Origin: Camelus dromedarius
Taxonomy: Eukaryota
Direction: 5' to 3'
Assembly: GCF_036321535.1 (NCBI RefSeq)
Contig: NC_087438.1
Coordinates: 113,646,001 to 113,710,000, forward strand
Length of the DNA stretch: 64,000 nt
Shown here: piece after piece, positions 38,101 to 50,192 of the stretch
How the letters are laid out: every line of letters begins with the position of its first letter
Numbering within the stretch: the stretch's first letter is position 1
The notes under the pieces: model-generated
What the model was told of the DNA's origin: nothing
Databases searched by the model: none
The model's input: the letters and a program-made list of their open reading frames with translations, nothing else
Translations under genes and position numbers: made by a program

Positions 38101-40150
38101 GAGGGCACCTGGGTCTCAGCTCAAAGACCCACACAGCTGGTTCCCCTCTGCACAGCGGTACGCCCCAAGGACAAAAGCATAAGAGCAGCCACTTTTTTTC
38201 TCTGAATGTCCAGTCCTTTCCATAAATTTAACTGCCTGCTCCGGATAATTACTTTTCTCCTGCTTGTGAGCTTAGAGCAACAGTAGTTCCCAATAACTAG
38301 ACTTAATAAGGCTAAATTATAATGAGTGTCCTGCGGAATTACATAGTGCATTAACACCAAATGAGTTCATTAGAAATTCATTAGGAGTGATTCCTGTGGC
38401 TGCCACAGGAATTAATCACGGTTAGCCAGCGGCGGGAGAGGGGGCGATGAATAAATGCACGGGGAACCGGATGAAGACCTTTTGGCATCTGACTTTGGCC
38501 CGAAGCAATATTTTTCGAGGGTCATGGGCTGCCTTGGTTGTAAGTTTGGAGGTGAGGTTGTTTGGATGTTGTTGGATCTACCTCCTTGCTTCCTCCTCCT
38601 TCCTGGCTCTGGCGCCTGGCTAGCATTAGACCCACAAATGTAAGGGTGGCCAATCTTCTTTTCCAGTCCTGGGGTGCTGAGAAATTATAGGGAGGACTTA
38701 GGGTTCTTGCCTGCCTGGCATGCATGTCCCCTTCCTCTGTAAGAGCCCTTCCAAGTCCTTTCCGTGTTCCTTGAAGACCTTTCCTACCCACTGCTGGATA
38801 GAGGCCTTCATGGGACTGTCCGTCAAGACCCACCCCCAGGGGTTGGATACAGCTTAGCTAGGCCAATTGAACTTTGTCTCCTGGTACTTTTTTATTAGCT
38901 AGCATGTACTAAGTATTTGCTAGGTGCCAGGCCCTTTTCTAAGTATCTTCATATATTGAGTTATCAACGCCCCCATGTCTCTAAGGAGGCGGGTTTAATT
39001 GTTAGCCCCATTCTGCCAACGAGGAGGAATCTCAAACACAGAAGTTAAGTGACCTGTCCAGGTGATACAGCTAGTAATTGGCTGAGCTGGGAATCGGAGT
39101 CTTGGGTAGAGGGCTGCAAGGATGGAGGGCGGTTGAAGGTGAGTGCCTGGATGTCAGTGCCGCAAGGAGTCTGTGTCTTCTTTCCCCCTTGCTCTCTGGT
39201 GCTACAGGCTAACTTGAGGTCTCGTGGTTTTGCTTTTCCACCCCTTCTATTGCTACCCTACACCCTCCGAGAAATAGTCCCCTTTTAAAATTTTGTCACC
39301 AAGAATCAGAGTCTGTACTTTCATCTGAAAGAACCCTGAATCACCCAGCAGGAATCTGTAAAGCCCTTGCCGCTGTACACACCACACAGAAACAAAAGGC
39401 CGATTTCTGCCCTCCAGCTGCTTGGGTCTCAGATGCAAAAGCAGTGGGAACAACTGAATCCCGAGCTCTCCTGCGCAGGTTCTAAGTGGAAGACAGGAAG
39501 ACTTGAATGGGCTAGATGGGAGGAGAAAAGCTTTCATCCAGGGCACAGCACGTGCTCTCTGGGGAGAGTCACGGTCATGGACACCTTTCATCATCTGCCC
39601 ATGCCACAGTCCTTTCTTCAAACACTTCCCTCTCTACTCAGTACAGCCGGACCTGGTGGCTAAGGTGGTGCCTCAGGACCCCACTGGTGGGGAGAAGCAT
39701 CTGCACCCTGTCTCTGTTTAGAGAGCTCCCCCACTGCATGGACTCTGCCTTCCAGGACGAAACTGAAAAGGCCAGATACTCGTGTTCCCATCATCCTGTC
39801 ACAAGGTGCCTGAGTGTGAACTGGGTTTGACCAATCAGACACCCCTAATGAGACATTTTCTCTGCAGCTTGTGATGCAGAGAAGCAGGGGCAAGAGAATC
39901 CATTCTGGTGGTGGTGGGAGCCACGATCAGTGCCCAGGGGAAAGGTGGCTTCAGTGACAGGGCGCAGTGCCACCGCTGATAAGGGCTGCAAACTGTCCAG
40001 TCGAGCTTTTGCTGGTACTGGCGGCGGGATCCTCACAAAAACCATTTCCCTACTTGTTTTCCAAGCCTGAAAATTATGTGATCTAGTTGACATCCTTACA
40101 GTACATTTCTTTTCTGTTCAAATCGGTTTCCATAGCTCACGATGAAGAGT

Positions 40151-40205
40151 GCCCCGCTCCCTGCCCATGGCTGATTGGCCCCGCTCCCTGCCCATGGCTG
40201 ATTGG
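40151..40205. repeat. Perfect 27-bp tandem duplication within an ERVL-like LTR relic
   Basis: ccccgctccctgcccatggctgattgg x2 (40152-40178, 40179-40205). Confidence 0.9.
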
Positions 40206-40387
40206 ACCAAGGTGAACACTTGACTCAGGATGGACCAATCAGATTTTCTCTCTCTTGACTTGGCTTCTGTTGCCTGTTCTGAAAGCCCTGTTGTCTGCCA
40301 GCACGTGGACAGCAGAGAAAGGAGGTGTGTGGAGAATCAAGTGGACATAGAGAGAAGCTGCAGATGGAGTGGAGGGGGAGAGGAGGG

Positions 40388-40388
<1 letters not shown>

Positions 40389-40418
<30 letters not shown>

Positions 40419-40430
40419 AGAGAGAGACAG
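40389..40430. repeat. (GA)n microsatellite
   Basis: Read directly; two AAA interruptions. Confidence 0.9.
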
Positions 40431-40503
40431 ATTCCTTTAGTGCCTCATGAAGTCTGTTTCCACCCCTTTGGGTTCCCCAAGCTGCCTCTGCAGCCTTAAA
40501 AAA

Positions 40504-40578
40504 TTAGGTTGAACCATGTGAAACTGTTTTTATAGGTCAAAAAGGTCAAATAGCAGCAATTATGTATGCTGTAACCTG
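40504..40578. mobile_element. MADE2-like mariner MITE
   Basis: ttaggttgaaccatgtgaaa...gcaattatgtatgctgtaacct: ~80-bp element with degenerate inverted termini. Confidence 0.6.
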
Positions 40579-40907
40579 TTAAGTTCCCCTTTTGGCCTAA
40601 GCTAGTCCAAGAGGGTTTCTTTACTTGCAACCCAAAGGGCTTTGTCCGCACTAGTCAGACATTCCATTAACTCAGAAGCAGGGAGTGGAACAGGCAGAGA
40701 CACAGAGCAGAAGCAGGAAACAAGGGGTTTTCCTGTCTGGCAAAGTGCTTTGTCCCCGGTGAGGAGGCGGCCCTGTAGACCAGTGGCCACAGGACTTCCC
40801 ATCTCGTCTCCGGGCACTGACTCTGAGGTCACCGTCCTCCGCTGCTTTATCACCCATGAACTCCCGGAACAACTTCAGCCCCACTCTACTCGCCTCAGTT
40901 AATTCCA

Positions 40908-41125
40908 CAGTTGACCCTTGAACAGCAGGGGTTTGACCTGCCTGGGTCCACTTATATGTGGATTTTTTCCAATAGTAAATGGAAAAGTACTACACAATCT
41001 ACAGTTGGTTGAGTCCACGAATGCGGAGGAAGCACAGATACGGGGAGGGGGGCAAGTTTTCCACGGATTTTCCACTGAGCCAACTGTCTGTGCCCCTAGT
41101 CCCTGGCATTGTCTGAGGTTAACTG
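40908..41125 (+). mobile_element. Tigger2/MER8-like TcMar MITE
   Basis: TIRs cagttgacccttgaaca ... tgtctgaggttaactg followed by TA. Confidence 0.75.
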
Positions 41126-41933
41126 TATTCATGCTAATACATGGTCTTGAATAAGGCTTTCATTTTTGTTTTCTCATATGTGCATCTTTTCCTACCTAAC
41201 CAAAGTGTCCAATCACTGAGGACTGGTCGAATAAGTTGTGATATATCCATACAGCGGATTGCTTTATGGACATCAAAGTGATGGCTGGGGCTGTGGTGGG
41301 CACTTGGGAGGTGGGAGTGATGGACAAGACCTGATAAGGGTAGGTGGCATGAAGAATGGGGTTGGGAACCACCCCTGATGAGGGGAAGGACCACTGAGCT
41401 GTTCAAAACCTGGCTGAGGCCAGACCATGAATTTGTGGTGGCGTTGCCACCCCCGCCGTTCTTGCTGTTGCGCCTCTTCTCCTGGTTGTAGCCAGCAGTC
41501 CTGGGGATGGGAGGTAGAGAGACGAATTGGTTTTCTGTCCCAAGATGGGACCTGGGAAGCCAAGGTGGCCAAAGGACTTGAAGGGTCCTGGCAGAGAAAG
41601 TGATGCATCCATGGGCTGGACAGGAAAGGAAGTGAAGCTAAGAGCAGGGGATGAGCTGGGGGAAAGGGGACGAGATGTCAGGCTGGGAGCTTCATCCAAT
41701 GGGGTGGGGACTGTATTCTCTTCTGCTGTGTATCTTCCTTCCTTAATACATAGCTAGGTGCTCAGTAAATGCATTTTGAATGAATGAATGAATGAACGCA
41801 TGGGTTATAACTCTGACATTAGAGCCAGAGACTGGCATTTTGCTTTTCATCAGAGAGCCAGCAGCATCCATAGTGGTGGCAAGTATCGCTTCAAGTCAGA
41901 GAAAACTGAGTTCAAATCCAAGCTTCATCAACA

Positions 41934-42221
41934 GACTCACAGACATAGAATACAACTTGGGGTTGCCAGGGGGGAGGTGGGTGGGAAGGGACAGTTCGAG
42001 ATTTGTACATACTGACAGGTATATTTGAATAGATAAACAAATTTATACTGTATAGCACAGGGAAATAGATACAATATCTTCCAGTAGCTCATGATGAAAA
42101 AGAATATGAAAATGAATAGATGTATATTCATGTATGACTGAAAAATTGTGCTGTACACCAGAAATTGACACAACATTGTAAACTAACTGTAAGTCAATAA
42201 AAAAAAAAAAAAAGAGGAAAA
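41934..42221 (+). mobile_element. 5'-truncated young L1 3' end with poly(A) and TSD, inserted in a MIR
   Basis: L1 3' UTR (cacagacatagaa...gctgtacaccagaaattgacacaacattgtaaac...aataaa(A)n); perfect 20-bp flanking repeat aaatccaagcttcatcaaca at 41914-41933 and 42222-42241. Confidence 0.9.
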
Positions 42222-43084
42222 AAATCCAAGCTTCATCAACAAAAAGCTGTGTGACCTTGGACAAGTCACCTAATCTTTCTGAGCCTAGACCTTCTTTTCT
42301 ATAAACGAGGATAATAACAGCTGTCTAGGAAGTTTGTTCCAGGGATTAAATGCGATGCTATGTGTTGAGTACCTGGCATAGTATCTGGCAATTTGGGATC
42401 ACTTGTTAAGTACCACAGGAGAAATAATGGTCTCCAAGAGCCTGGGGGCTTCATCCAAATCCAACTGCTGCTTTCAGTTAGAGGACACGAGTGCTGGACC
42501 TGAAGCTAAACTGCTTCCTCAGCCAACTAACAGTGACATTTCTGAGCCTGTTTCCTCATTTATATAGTGGGGATATATAGTGGGATCTACTCAAGAGACT
42601 GGTTGGGAGAACTGGGTGATAATTAACGTGAAGCACGTAGCACACTGTGGGTGCACGGTACATACTGGCTCCTAGGATTCCCCGTCATCTGAGATGGAAA
42701 AGATCATGGGAGGAGCAGGCTCTGTTGAGAGTAGACAAAAAGGAGTTTTGGACATGTCACGTTTGAGATGGCGTAAGACATGAAATGGAGCTGTCAGGTG
42801 GGCAGTTTGATGTAAGTCCAGAGGGGAGCTCTCAGACAGGGAAAAAAAACTCTGGGAGTCACCAGCATAGAGATGACATTTAAAGCCATGGACTGGATGA
42901 AATCACCAAGGAAGTGAGTGCTCAGAGGAAAGACAAGAATGAGGACTGAACTTGGGGGCATCTGACCTTAGCAATGACGGAGATAATTGTCACTGCAAAG
43001 CTGCTGACCAGACAGAGCGGTGCTGAGCTGCACAGCCAGCCCACCCCAGCAACATTTATTAACACACTCTGACACGCTCTGTGC

Positions 43085-43270
43085 CAGGCTCTGAAAAAAG
43101 TGCTTTACAAAAATTAACTCATTTAATATTCATAACAACCCTTTAAGTTAGGAGCAATTATCTCCATTTTGCAGATCAGAAAACTGAGGCACAGGGAGAC
43201 TTGCCCAAGGACACGTAGCCAGCAAGTGGCAGAGCTGGGATTTAAACCCAGGCAGACTGACCTCAGAGTC
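43085..43270 (-). mobile_element. MIR
   Basis: ctccattttgcagatcagaaaactgaggcacagggagacttgcccaagg...gagctgggatttaaacccaggcag. Confidence 0.85.
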
Positions 43271-44154
43271 TCCATCTCTTCTAGTTGTAAATCTCTAACT
43301 CTAAGTTCCAATTGTGGATAAACAAAGTGCTAACTGGACTTTCCAAGGGAATACTGAATTTCTTGGTCTCTGACCCTTGAGAGCAGGCCTAGGAGAATCA
43401 TCGTGGAATAAACTGCCAGCAGACGCCCCATTCAGCCTCGATACTCCAGGATCAACCCCAATTAGCATTTCAGATTCTTGGTTGAGGAAAGAAGAGGAAG
43501 GGGGGGTTTGATCAAGGAAACTGTAACCCTGATGGATCACTTATTCCTGGGGTAGGGAGGTCAGGGGGAGACCCAGGGATCCTCCTCCGACCGTGGACTC
43601 AAGCACTTGCATTTCCCACCTTCTTCACTAGTTCCTCTCAGAATAAAGTGGCTGATCTCAAGCAGGAGCCAGAGTCCAGGTGGGAAGTTGGGGTGACCCA
43701 GGGGGATTAGCCTTGGGGTCATTGTTTATCTCCAGGAGTTTGGTCGCTCTGTTGGTTCAATTGCCCCATAAAACCTTACTATGATACGGAAGCAGTTTGG
43801 GTTCATTTACCCCACTTGGAAGGTTTTCAATGAGTGTCTGAACAATTAACTGAACTCCAGGTGAAGAGGAAAAGAGAGAGGGTGTGGAGGGAGGAAGGCT
43901 GGACGGTCAAATGCACATACAGACCCCAGCGAAGGGGAGAGGATGACAGCTGAGTCAGGCGTCCCGGTGCCACACCCCTACCACTCCCCTCCCGCCCTTG
44001 ATGCTGACTTTGGATGAGCTACTAAGGGGAAAACAGTTCTGACCATGCAGAAAGAAGTCAGTGGGAAAGGGAGTTAGGTGGGGGTCTGGAGAGCCATCTG
44101 GTCCACCTGCCAGCTCTTGCCCACGTCCCCTGGCCTGGAGCTTCTCAGGGCAGC

Positions 44155-44330
44155 TGCATCACCACCACTGGGGAGCTTGTCAGGTGCAGATTCCACGACC
44201 CCACCCAGCCTCACTGAATCAGAACCTCTAGGGCTCAGGGCCCAGGGGGTTCCATTTTTTCACAAGCCCTCCCCTCCTGCACCGTCAGCAGTGTATGAAG
44301 AAGACCACACTCTGAAAAACACATCCTCCC
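44155..44330. mobile_element. MER5A-like hAT MITE
   Basis: ggggagcttgtcaggtgcagattcc...cactgaatcagaacctctagggc...ttttcacaagccctccc. Confidence 0.65.
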
Positions 44331-45875
44331 AGCCTATCCTACTCTGATCTGAACAAAGAAAACAACACCGGAGGTCTCCCATGAGGAAGTATGGGATGCA
44401 GGGTCCCTCCTTTAAAGGGATGATAATATAATTGAGAGATAAAAGACATACTTTGTGAAGAGTTAAATTAGTGCTACAATAAACAGTAATTGAAAACAAT
44501 AGGCAGACAGGCTGGACAAACTGCCAATGAATGGGATTAACAGTATCATTCAATGAGTACCTACAAATGACTAGATCCTGTGCTAAGCCTATTATGTATA
44601 TATCCTCATTTAATCTCATTAAAACTCTGGAAGACAGGTGTTTTTATCCCCACTTAGCAATAAGGAAATCCAGGTTTTGGCTTAGTTGTCAGTTTCTCTC
44701 AGATTGGCTTTCCCCGACCCTGAAGAGGTGGTCAGGGTCATGCCTCTGCGTTCCCACAGTATTCCAATCTTGCTGCTTTATCTCATGTATCGCACCACGT
44801 TGTAGTTGCCTGTTTACTGGGCTGGGTCTCTCAGACTTGAGGACAGATACCTGGTGGTTCCAGAGTCTAGCACACAGTAGGTGCTCAGCTAATATCTGTT
44901 GGATGAATGAAGGTTGTGAATCTGAAGTCTCAGAGCTCATACAGGGAGGCTAACACATGCAACTCTAAAGCCCAGGCTTCCCCTTGAGTCATTACAAGCA
45001 GATGGTACACATCCGGGGGGGTTCCTGTAAGGGACAAACTATAGGTTGGAGTAATCAGAGGAGGCTCCCTGGAGGAGGTGGAGTTGCACAATCTGAATGT
45101 GGAAAGACGGGTGAAAGGTAAGCAGTCATTCCAGGCAGGCCAAGGCATGAAGGTGGGATTCTACAAAGTGCAGACTTCCTCTGAGACTAGAGACCCCAGG
45201 GCATTTCAGGAGACTACACCCCATCCCCTGAGCCTCTCTAGCTTAACCACCAATTGTCTCCTTTGTCCCACTTACATCCCAATCACTGCTGTGAAATGAT
45301 TTTCCTCCAAGGTTGACAGGGAGATGGCAAACACTCCATTGTTCTCCCATGCCTAGACCAGTGTGACATCATGCTTTCTTTTAGCGGCTTTCTTCTCTGT
45401 TTGGAAAGTCCCTTTTAATAATGAATGGGATAGTTTTCAGTTTCCAATAAGAAGTAAGATCCATTAATGTCTATGATAAATTGCTAAGGGGGGAGAAAAA
45501 AGCAAGACAAAACAGTATCTTTGGATTTCATTTTGGTTGAAAAGAACAAGGGGGGGAAAACAGATTAGGCACAAGTATGTTTGTGTGCATGTGGGAAATG
45601 CCCCGAAGGTTATATACTGAATTTGACGGCAGCTGCTCTGGAAAAGGACATGCAGTGGGATGTGGGGCTTTCCCCTTTACTTTATCCCACTTTGAGCTTT
45701 TGTCTTTTTTAAACATTGAGTATGTATTAATTTTACAATTGAAAAATAAGACCCCATGGTGAGATTATAGGTAGCTTTTAGTTGATTTGTGCTTGTTCCT
45801 CCCAAATTATCTATTATGAATGTCTATTACTTTTACAATCAGAAAATTAAAAACCTTTTCCTCCATGAAGAGGCT

Positions 45876-45992
45876 TTTTTAGAGGAGGGGTAATTAGGGG
45901 TTTTTATTTTTTTAATGGAGGTACTGTGGATTGAACCCAGGGTCTTGTACACGCTAAGCATGTGCTCTACCTTTGAGCTCCACCCTCTCCCC
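45876..45992 (-). mobile_element. tRNA-Ala-derived SINE (Vic-1-like)
   Basis: atggaggtactgtggattgaacccaggg...gctaagcatgtgctctacc with gggtaattagg tail. Confidence 0.85.
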
Positions 45993-46500
45993 GCCATAAA
46001 GATTGTCTAAAAAGAAAAGAAATAGAATCTCAAGGTGGCACAATTTGTGATGTCGAGAAGGGTGTTGTTTAGGGGAAATTACTAAAGATGTTCTAAATTC
46101 TGAGTCCCAAGAAATTCAGCACCTGGGCAATCTGGGGGAGAAACCAATACAGTCCCAACTTGACAAAACATGTTAAGAGCTGTACAAATGCTCCAGATCC
46201 CATAAATTTGTCATCCCATCCTGGAGCTTTAGCTCAAGGAAACACTTCAAAAAAATTCTCCACATATAAAGAAGCTCACTGTGGACTTTCATTTCATGGG
46301 GTAGCTTGGGATCCCCCTAAAAGTCCAACAGCAAACATTATGCAGCCGTTTCTCATAATAAACATGGCAGCTTTATAGAAACAAGGGACTGTGTCTCTAA
46401 ACTAACACTGAGCAAAGAAAAAGAGAACGGAATATGGCAGTTACATGGTGATTATGGCTGTTATATATCTAATTAATTATAACAGTGAGCAAGAAAGCAA

Positions 46501-46690
46501 GGATGGAGTGGTGGGAGTGGTGGAGCGTCTGCTTAGCACGTACAAGGTCCTCAGTTCAATCCCCAGTACCTCCACTAAAAAAATAAAAATAAAAAAATAC
46601 ATAAATAAACCTACTTACCGCCCCCGCCCACCCGCCACGGGGGGAAAGCAAGGATGAGAGAGGAGAGAGAAGAAAAAAAGGAGAAAGAGA
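46501..46690 (+). mobile_element. tRNA-Ala-derived SINE (Vic-1-like), degenerate 5' end
   Basis: gcttagcacgtacaaggtcctcagttcaatccccagtacctcca, A-rich linker, aaacctacttacc tail. Confidence 0.8.
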
Positions 46691-47352
46691 ATTTAAAAAA
46701 ACAAAAAACAAAAAACAGTCAGTGTTAGGGTAATGGGATTATGGAGGATTCTTGGAAATGTCCTTAAACGATCTTGAAAGTTGTCTTGGTAGTAAATATG
46801 AACTATGCACAGGGGCTCTGTGACTTTGGGCAAGTTATTTAACTTCTCTGAACCTTGGCTTCCTCCCTGGAAAAATGGGGACATTAATGTTACCTTCTTC
46901 ACAGATTTGTTGGAAGATTTAATGAGATAATCCATGCAGAACGCTCAGTGTCATCGTGCCCAACACATGATAAATGCTCAGTAAGTGTTAGCTATTGTTG
47001 TCTTTGCTATTTCCTCACTATTATCAATGAGGGGAAATTCTCGAATGATTTCGGTGGGAGTGAACTGTTATAGCCTTTCAGAAAGTAGACTAATAGATAT
47101 AAGCTTTAGTTACAAAAACCCTTTGTTCCAGGAACTGCAAGCCTAGGAATTCATCCCTAGCTATTGATCTTAGTAAATAACCTGACATATACACCAAGAG
47201 GTAAGAACAAGAATGTTTATCTCAGAGTTACTTATAATAGAAAAATGTTGGGAACAACCTTAACACCCAGCAGTAGTTATGTAAATTATGGAACATACAA
47301 ACAACAGAATACTCTGGAGCTATTAAAAAGGTACTATTAAAGGTACTATTTT

Positions 47353-47481
47353 AAAAAATTCATTTTTGAGGGGAGGGGGGTAATCAGGTTTATTTATTAT
47401 TTAATGGAGGTACTGGGGATTGAATCCAGGACCTCGTGCATGCGAAGCACACACTCTACCACTGAGCTACACCCTTCCCCG
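47353..47481 (-). mobile_element. tRNA-Ala-derived SINE (Vic-1-like)
   Basis: atggaggtactggggattgaatccaggacctcgtgcatgc...actgagctacaccc. Confidence 0.85.
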
Positions 47482-47725
47482 GCATAGCTTTATGTAATGA
47501 TACAGACATGTACCTACATCATGGCATAAAAAAGGAGGGACAGAACAATATAACTTTATTTACATAAGAAAGTATATGTATGCATTTAAAAGTCTAGAAG
47601 GGTAGATACCAACTGTTAGCAAGGGCTGTCTCTGCCAGGACTACCACTGCTCTGAATTATTTGAAATTTTAATGTATATAATCGTTTAAGTACCAGACAA
47701 TCATGATGACAGTGCGGGGCGGGGA

Positions 47726-47775
47726 GTGTGCGTGCGTGTGCGTGCGTGCGTGCGTGCGTGCGTGTGTGTGTGTGT
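47726..47775. repeat. (GTGC)n/(GT)n compound microsatellite
   Basis: Read directly; 50 bp of purine-pyrimidine alternation. Confidence 0.95.
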
Positions 47776-48900
47776 TTAAATAAGACCCCTGGCTGAGGGG
47801 AGGAATTCTAAGACTGGGGACTGCAGGCTGGCAAAATGTGGCCAAGCTGGTTTCATCAGTAGGGAAACCACTGGGCCTCAGATCTGGGGGTCAGCAACGG
47901 TGGTGAATTCTGCTTTGGACAGAAATGATGGTGATTCATGGACAGCCGGCCCTGGAAAAGGAGACAGAGACTTGCAAAATTGTCCTTAATTAGTAATAAG
48001 AAGAATGAGAGCCTTTGTAAGTGCCCCACACTTTGCTCAGCCAATCTGTTTGATCCAGATTGTGGTCCCAGGAGACAGGCAGGGCTGGAGCTATCATGGG
48101 GGAGATGGAGTCCCGGAGTGCAAAGGGGTGCCAGAATCAGACAAGGGACAGGAGGTAGGGGTCTGAACTCTCAGTCCTCCCAGTCGTGAAGCTGGACCCG
48201 AGTAAAACTTGCCAAGCTCCCAGCCCTTGCCTGGCACCCCGCAGGTCTCCGGTGCACCGGGCACTACCTCCTCCTCATGATCCCTGGGTCCGCTCACACT
48301 CGTTGACTCTGCTCACATTCTCTGCCCCCATCTGGCGTCTGTTTTCCTGCAAGTGCTCTTTGCTGCAGCCAGACCCACTGTTTCCTTTCCCTGAGGCCCT
48401 TCCCACTGTCATCACATTGTTCCCTCATCTTAGAATGCTGCCTGCCTGTGTTCTCAGCCTCCTCCAAACTTACTGCTTCTTTAAACATCCAAATCCTATG
48501 ATTCCCTCAAGACATGTATTAAGTGTCATCTCCTGTGCAAAGCTGCACCAGCCAGCTGGACATCATCGCTCCCTCCCCAGCCCCCCACCCCATCTGCATG
48601 ACTCCCAGGACGCCTCCCATCCTGCTCGCGTGGGAGTTCTCGGCAGGTGTGTTTTGTCTCTGGTCCAGACTGGAAGCTCTTTTGGGAAGGGGGTATGTCT
48701 GTGTTCTCAGTGCCAGCCCCACGCTGAGGTGCCTGATTCACTTTGGTTGCTGAATGAGGGATGAAATGAAGAATGATGAGAGCGTGGATGGATGAATGGA
48801 GGGAGGGCTGGGCAGAGGTGGATGACACCTCAAACCCCGTGGCAGAGCTGGCCCTGGCCTTCCTGGGAATGGCCATGGGATTCCAGCCAGCACATCCCCA

Positions 48901-48913
48901 GGGTGAATAACCT
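48901..48913. promoter_or_regulatory. FXR/RXR IR-1 bile-acid response element of FABP6
   Basis: GGGTGA-A-TAACCT, 118 bp upstream of the TATA box; sequence and position match the IR-1 described for the mammalian I-BABP promoter. Confidence 0.85.
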
Positions 48914-48943
48914 CAGGGTTCTGCTCCGCCAGGTCCTGCCCTT

Positions 48944-48951
48944 GTCATAAA
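48944..48951 (+). promoter_or_regulatory. CDX-type site (GTCATAAA) in FABP6 proximal promoter
   Basis: Matches the caudal-type homeodomain consensus; lies between IR-1 and TATA. Confidence 0.45.
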
Positions 48952-49028
48952 ACTGCAAATGCTTCCACTTCAAGGGCAGGAGGGAGAGGTGGGGCGACTT
49001 GGGTGCTGACCCTCAGCATCTGGGAGAG

Positions 49029-49036
49029 TTTATAAG
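49029..49036 (+). promoter_or_regulatory. FABP6 TATA box
   Basis: TTTATAAG, 79 nt upstream of the ATG; implies TSS near 49060. Confidence 0.8.
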
Positions 49037-49114
49037 CCGAGGCCACGGACCTCGCAGCATCACAGACCTTCCTCCTCATCCTTCTGCTCTTGGGCCTCCA
49101 GCTCTCCTGGCAGC

Positions 49115-49181
49115 ATGGCTTTCAGCGGCAAGTTCGAGACCGAGAGTGAGAAGAACTACGACGAGTTCATGCAGCGTCTGG
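49115..49181 (+). CDS. FABP6: FABP6 exon 1 (MAFSGKFETESEKNYDEFMQRLG)
   Basis: Kozak gcagcATGG; 67 nt; donor G|GTGAGT; FABP N-terminal G-x-(F/Y)-E...NYDEFM signature. Confidence 0.97.
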
Positions 49182-50192
49182 GTGAGTGAGAACACCTTCC
49201 CGGGGCTGGGCTGCCCTGGCCGGCTCTGTGCCTGAAACCCAAACCCCTTGAGGCCCAGAGAGGTTGAATGACTAGAGCAAGGTCACACAGCTAGTCGCTG
49301 GTGAGGTGGAGGCTTGATTGGTTTATTCATTCAAATATTCATCGAACACCTGCTATATGCATGGGCCAACCCAGTGTTACGGATGGGGCACCTCAGCAAG
49401 ACTTGCCCAAGGTGACACTGCACACCAGTGGCAGAGATCATTAGACCCCGAGGGCCCAATGATGAGATGAGTGGTGTCACCACATCCTGCCTGGGGAGAG
49501 GTGACCAAAGGGTGAGCGCAGAGACCAGGTGAGACAAGCCACTCGTTCACTCGGTCGTTCAGCAAACACAGGCCTCTTACGGAGCTAGGCACTGTGGGCA
49601 GAGATCAAGGACCTCACTCCTCCGACTGCTTGATTTGCAACTCTGGCTGTGAGGAACCAGTGACAGTGAGCAGGACTCTTGGTGCGCAGCCAAATGTGAG
49701 GCAGCATAGTCGTCTAGACCTGGCGGACGGCCCTAAGGGACCGGGGCCCTCCCTGCCTCCTGACGGCAGAGGAGCCCCCAAGAGCGGGGCCGGTGTGCCC
49801 CGGGGCCTTGGGGAGCCAAGAGGGCTTCCAAGTCAGTTACTGGGACTGGCCCTGAAGGACAGTGACATGGCTTCACGCACAGCGGTCCCTTCCCACTCTG
49901 GGTCTTCATTTCCTTACCTATCAAACAAGAGCATTAGAAGACAGCCTCGAGGGTCCCATCCACCTAGAATTGTGTGAGCTTGGTGAACTTCTGTTATTTG
50001 TTTTTATACAACTATCTGAGGAGCAGCTACTATTTAATGTTTACTGTATGCCCGGAGCTTTCCAAGACAGTCATGGTAATTCAGTCCTTGCAACAATCCT
50101 GTGAAATGGGCCTATTATCTCCAGGAAAACACTGAGGCTTGGAGACGTAGTGACCTGCCCAAGCCACATGGCTCACAACACAACTGGGACTT

